This document shows, piece by piece, positions 62,654 through 64,000 of a stretch of 64,000 nucleotides of DNA. The notes beneath the pieces are model-generated. The model saw only the letters and a list, made by a program, of their open reading frames with translations. It had not been told where the DNA came from and ran no database searches. Every line of letters begins with the position of its first letter. Position 1 is the first letter of the stretch. Origin of the DNA: Mobula hypostoma (taxonomy: Eukaryota); contig NC_086098.1 in the NCBI RefSeq assembly GCF_963921235.1, positions 86,986,001 through 87,050,000 of the forward strand, in the 5' to 3' direction. The position numbers and the translations under genes are program-made.

Positions 62654-62890
62654 AACACGAGATTCTGCAGATGCTGGTAAACCAGAGTAACACACACAAA
62701 ATGCTGGAGGAAGTCAGGAGGTCGGGCAGCATCTATGGAAAGGAACAAAGAGTTGACGTTTCGGGCCAAGACTCTTCATCAGGACTCATCGGGATGACAC
62801 CCTTCATCGATCTTGGCTCAAAATGATGATTCTTTATTCCTTTCCATAGATGTTGCCTGGCCTGCTGACTTCCTCTAGCATTTTGTGTGT
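62654..62890. repeat. Fold-back Penelope-tail derivative with an intact minus-strand hammerhead core (62750-62787)
   Basis: Inverted arms; revcomp GAGTC-CTGATGA-AGAGTCTTGGCCC-GAAAC-GTC-AACTC. Confidence 0.8.
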
Positions 62891-63467
62891 CTTTCTTGAT
62901 AATTGCATAGATTTGTATTTCATTCTGTGCATGTGTGGTCCAAACAATCCCTATGAAGTTTAAAAAGATTTAAGATTGGCCCTTGCAAGGATTAATTTGC
63001 AGAAAGAAGAGCAAAAAATGCTGGAAACACTCAACAGGTCAGGCATCGTCTTTAGAAAGAGGGCAATCAACATTTAACGTCCAAGACCTGAAGTGTTTAT
63101 GTTTCAGATCTCCAATATCTGCAGTTTTTATTTTTGATATTTGGTAATTTGCAGGTATGTGAGGAAAGAGCAGTGAAGTTGGAATTGACGGGCTTGCTGT
63201 TTTAGAATCTGCCATGGATTTAATTGGACAGCTAACTTCCTCTGGTGGCATAACAATTATATTGTTCATGAAAACAGAAATGGTCTTTGTTGGGATTTTG
63301 TGCCTAAGTATATGGGATGAGACTTGATACCATAACTTTTTAACTCTACAATGTTATTTGTGAGCCATAGTTGTCACTGTGTTTGGTATCTGCTTTAGCA
63401 TAGGTAAATGCAAAGTTCAGCGATGTATTTTTTTTATATCTTATCCGGGTTGTTTTTGTGTTTGCAG

Positions 63468-63589
63468 CACCATGACAATGGAGGAACTGTTAAAGTCTCT
63501 TAAGAGAAAATGTTCCACGGAATGTGAAGAGGCTCATCGACAACTGGTGTGTGCTCTCAATGGGCTGGCTGGTATTCAAATTATCAAAG
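63468..63589 (+). CDS. SHPRH: SHPRH coding exon 13; gene continues beyond the right edge
   Basis: gcag|(S)TMTMEELLKSLKRKCSTECEEAHRQLVCALNGLAGIQIIK-G|gcaagt (GC donor inferred). Confidence 0.93.
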
Positions 63590-64000
63590 GCAAGTAAACA
63601 GACCTGTACTTTTTCTTCCAATCAGTTAAATGAATATCAATCTACCAGTTTTCGGGAAAGGAGATGAGAGGCTGTTGGATCCTGATGTTTTTGTGATCCA
63701 AGCGTTCTTCGGAAACCAAGAATGAGGCATAAAACTTGTTGCTTATGATAATTGTATTAAATATCACAAAGGTGGAAAACGAACAAGAAAGAAGCTGAAA
63801 GAACAAAGAAAAGTCAAATGAAAAGACATTTCATACTCAGTCTAGTGATAAACAAAACTTCCAGTGATTACAGTTAACCTGTAAAATGGCCAGATTCAAA
63901 TGGTGTTGCACCTGCTACTGAAAAATACAGAAGCAACCATACCATAATTACTGAAAAGTTCACTGAACAATTACATGTATATAGGTGATATAAAAATACA

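Noticed and set aside
2003-63589. U12-type introns
   Set aside because: None of the inferred donors matches RTATCCTT.

Overview
Repeat-rich vertebrate genomic DNA. The repeat set (CR1, Rex1/L2-type LINEs, V-SINE/HE1-like SINEs, many Penelope-like tails) suggests a cartilaginous fish, probably a ray or skate; this is an inference. Three spliced genes were reconstructed by hand with consistent splice phases. (1) The 5' part of LATS1 (minus; CpG-island promoter near 12.3 kb, coding exons 9267-9623 and 2003-2153) runs off the left edge. (2) NUP43 is complete (minus; 8 coding exons, 15139-28649, 368 aa). (3) The 5' half of SHPRH (plus; 13 coding exons, 34815-63589; SNF2 helicase N-lobe with H15 and PHD inserts) runs off the right edge. 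NUP43 and SHPRH are head-to-head on a small bidirectional promoter at about 28.65-28.80 kb, whereas human NUP43 faces PCMT1. Introns hold Tigger3/Golem-like, Harbinger, hAT and Tc1 DNA transposons, CR1 and Rex1/L2 LINE pieces, SINEs, a Gypsy remnant and Neptune-type Penelope-like elements (PLEs). Best leads: a young PLE whose 3' UTR carries a minimal hammerhead-ribozyme motif, plus a dispersed family of fold-back derivatives of that tail; an inverted CR1 pair bracketing the SHPRH H15+PHD exons, whose predicted 962-nt circle would be one full-turn ORF with an overlapping TAATG stop/start; the promoter-partner swap with a G-rich, E2F-site minisatellite; uORFs; and a GC splice donor. No wholly new protein-coding system is supported.
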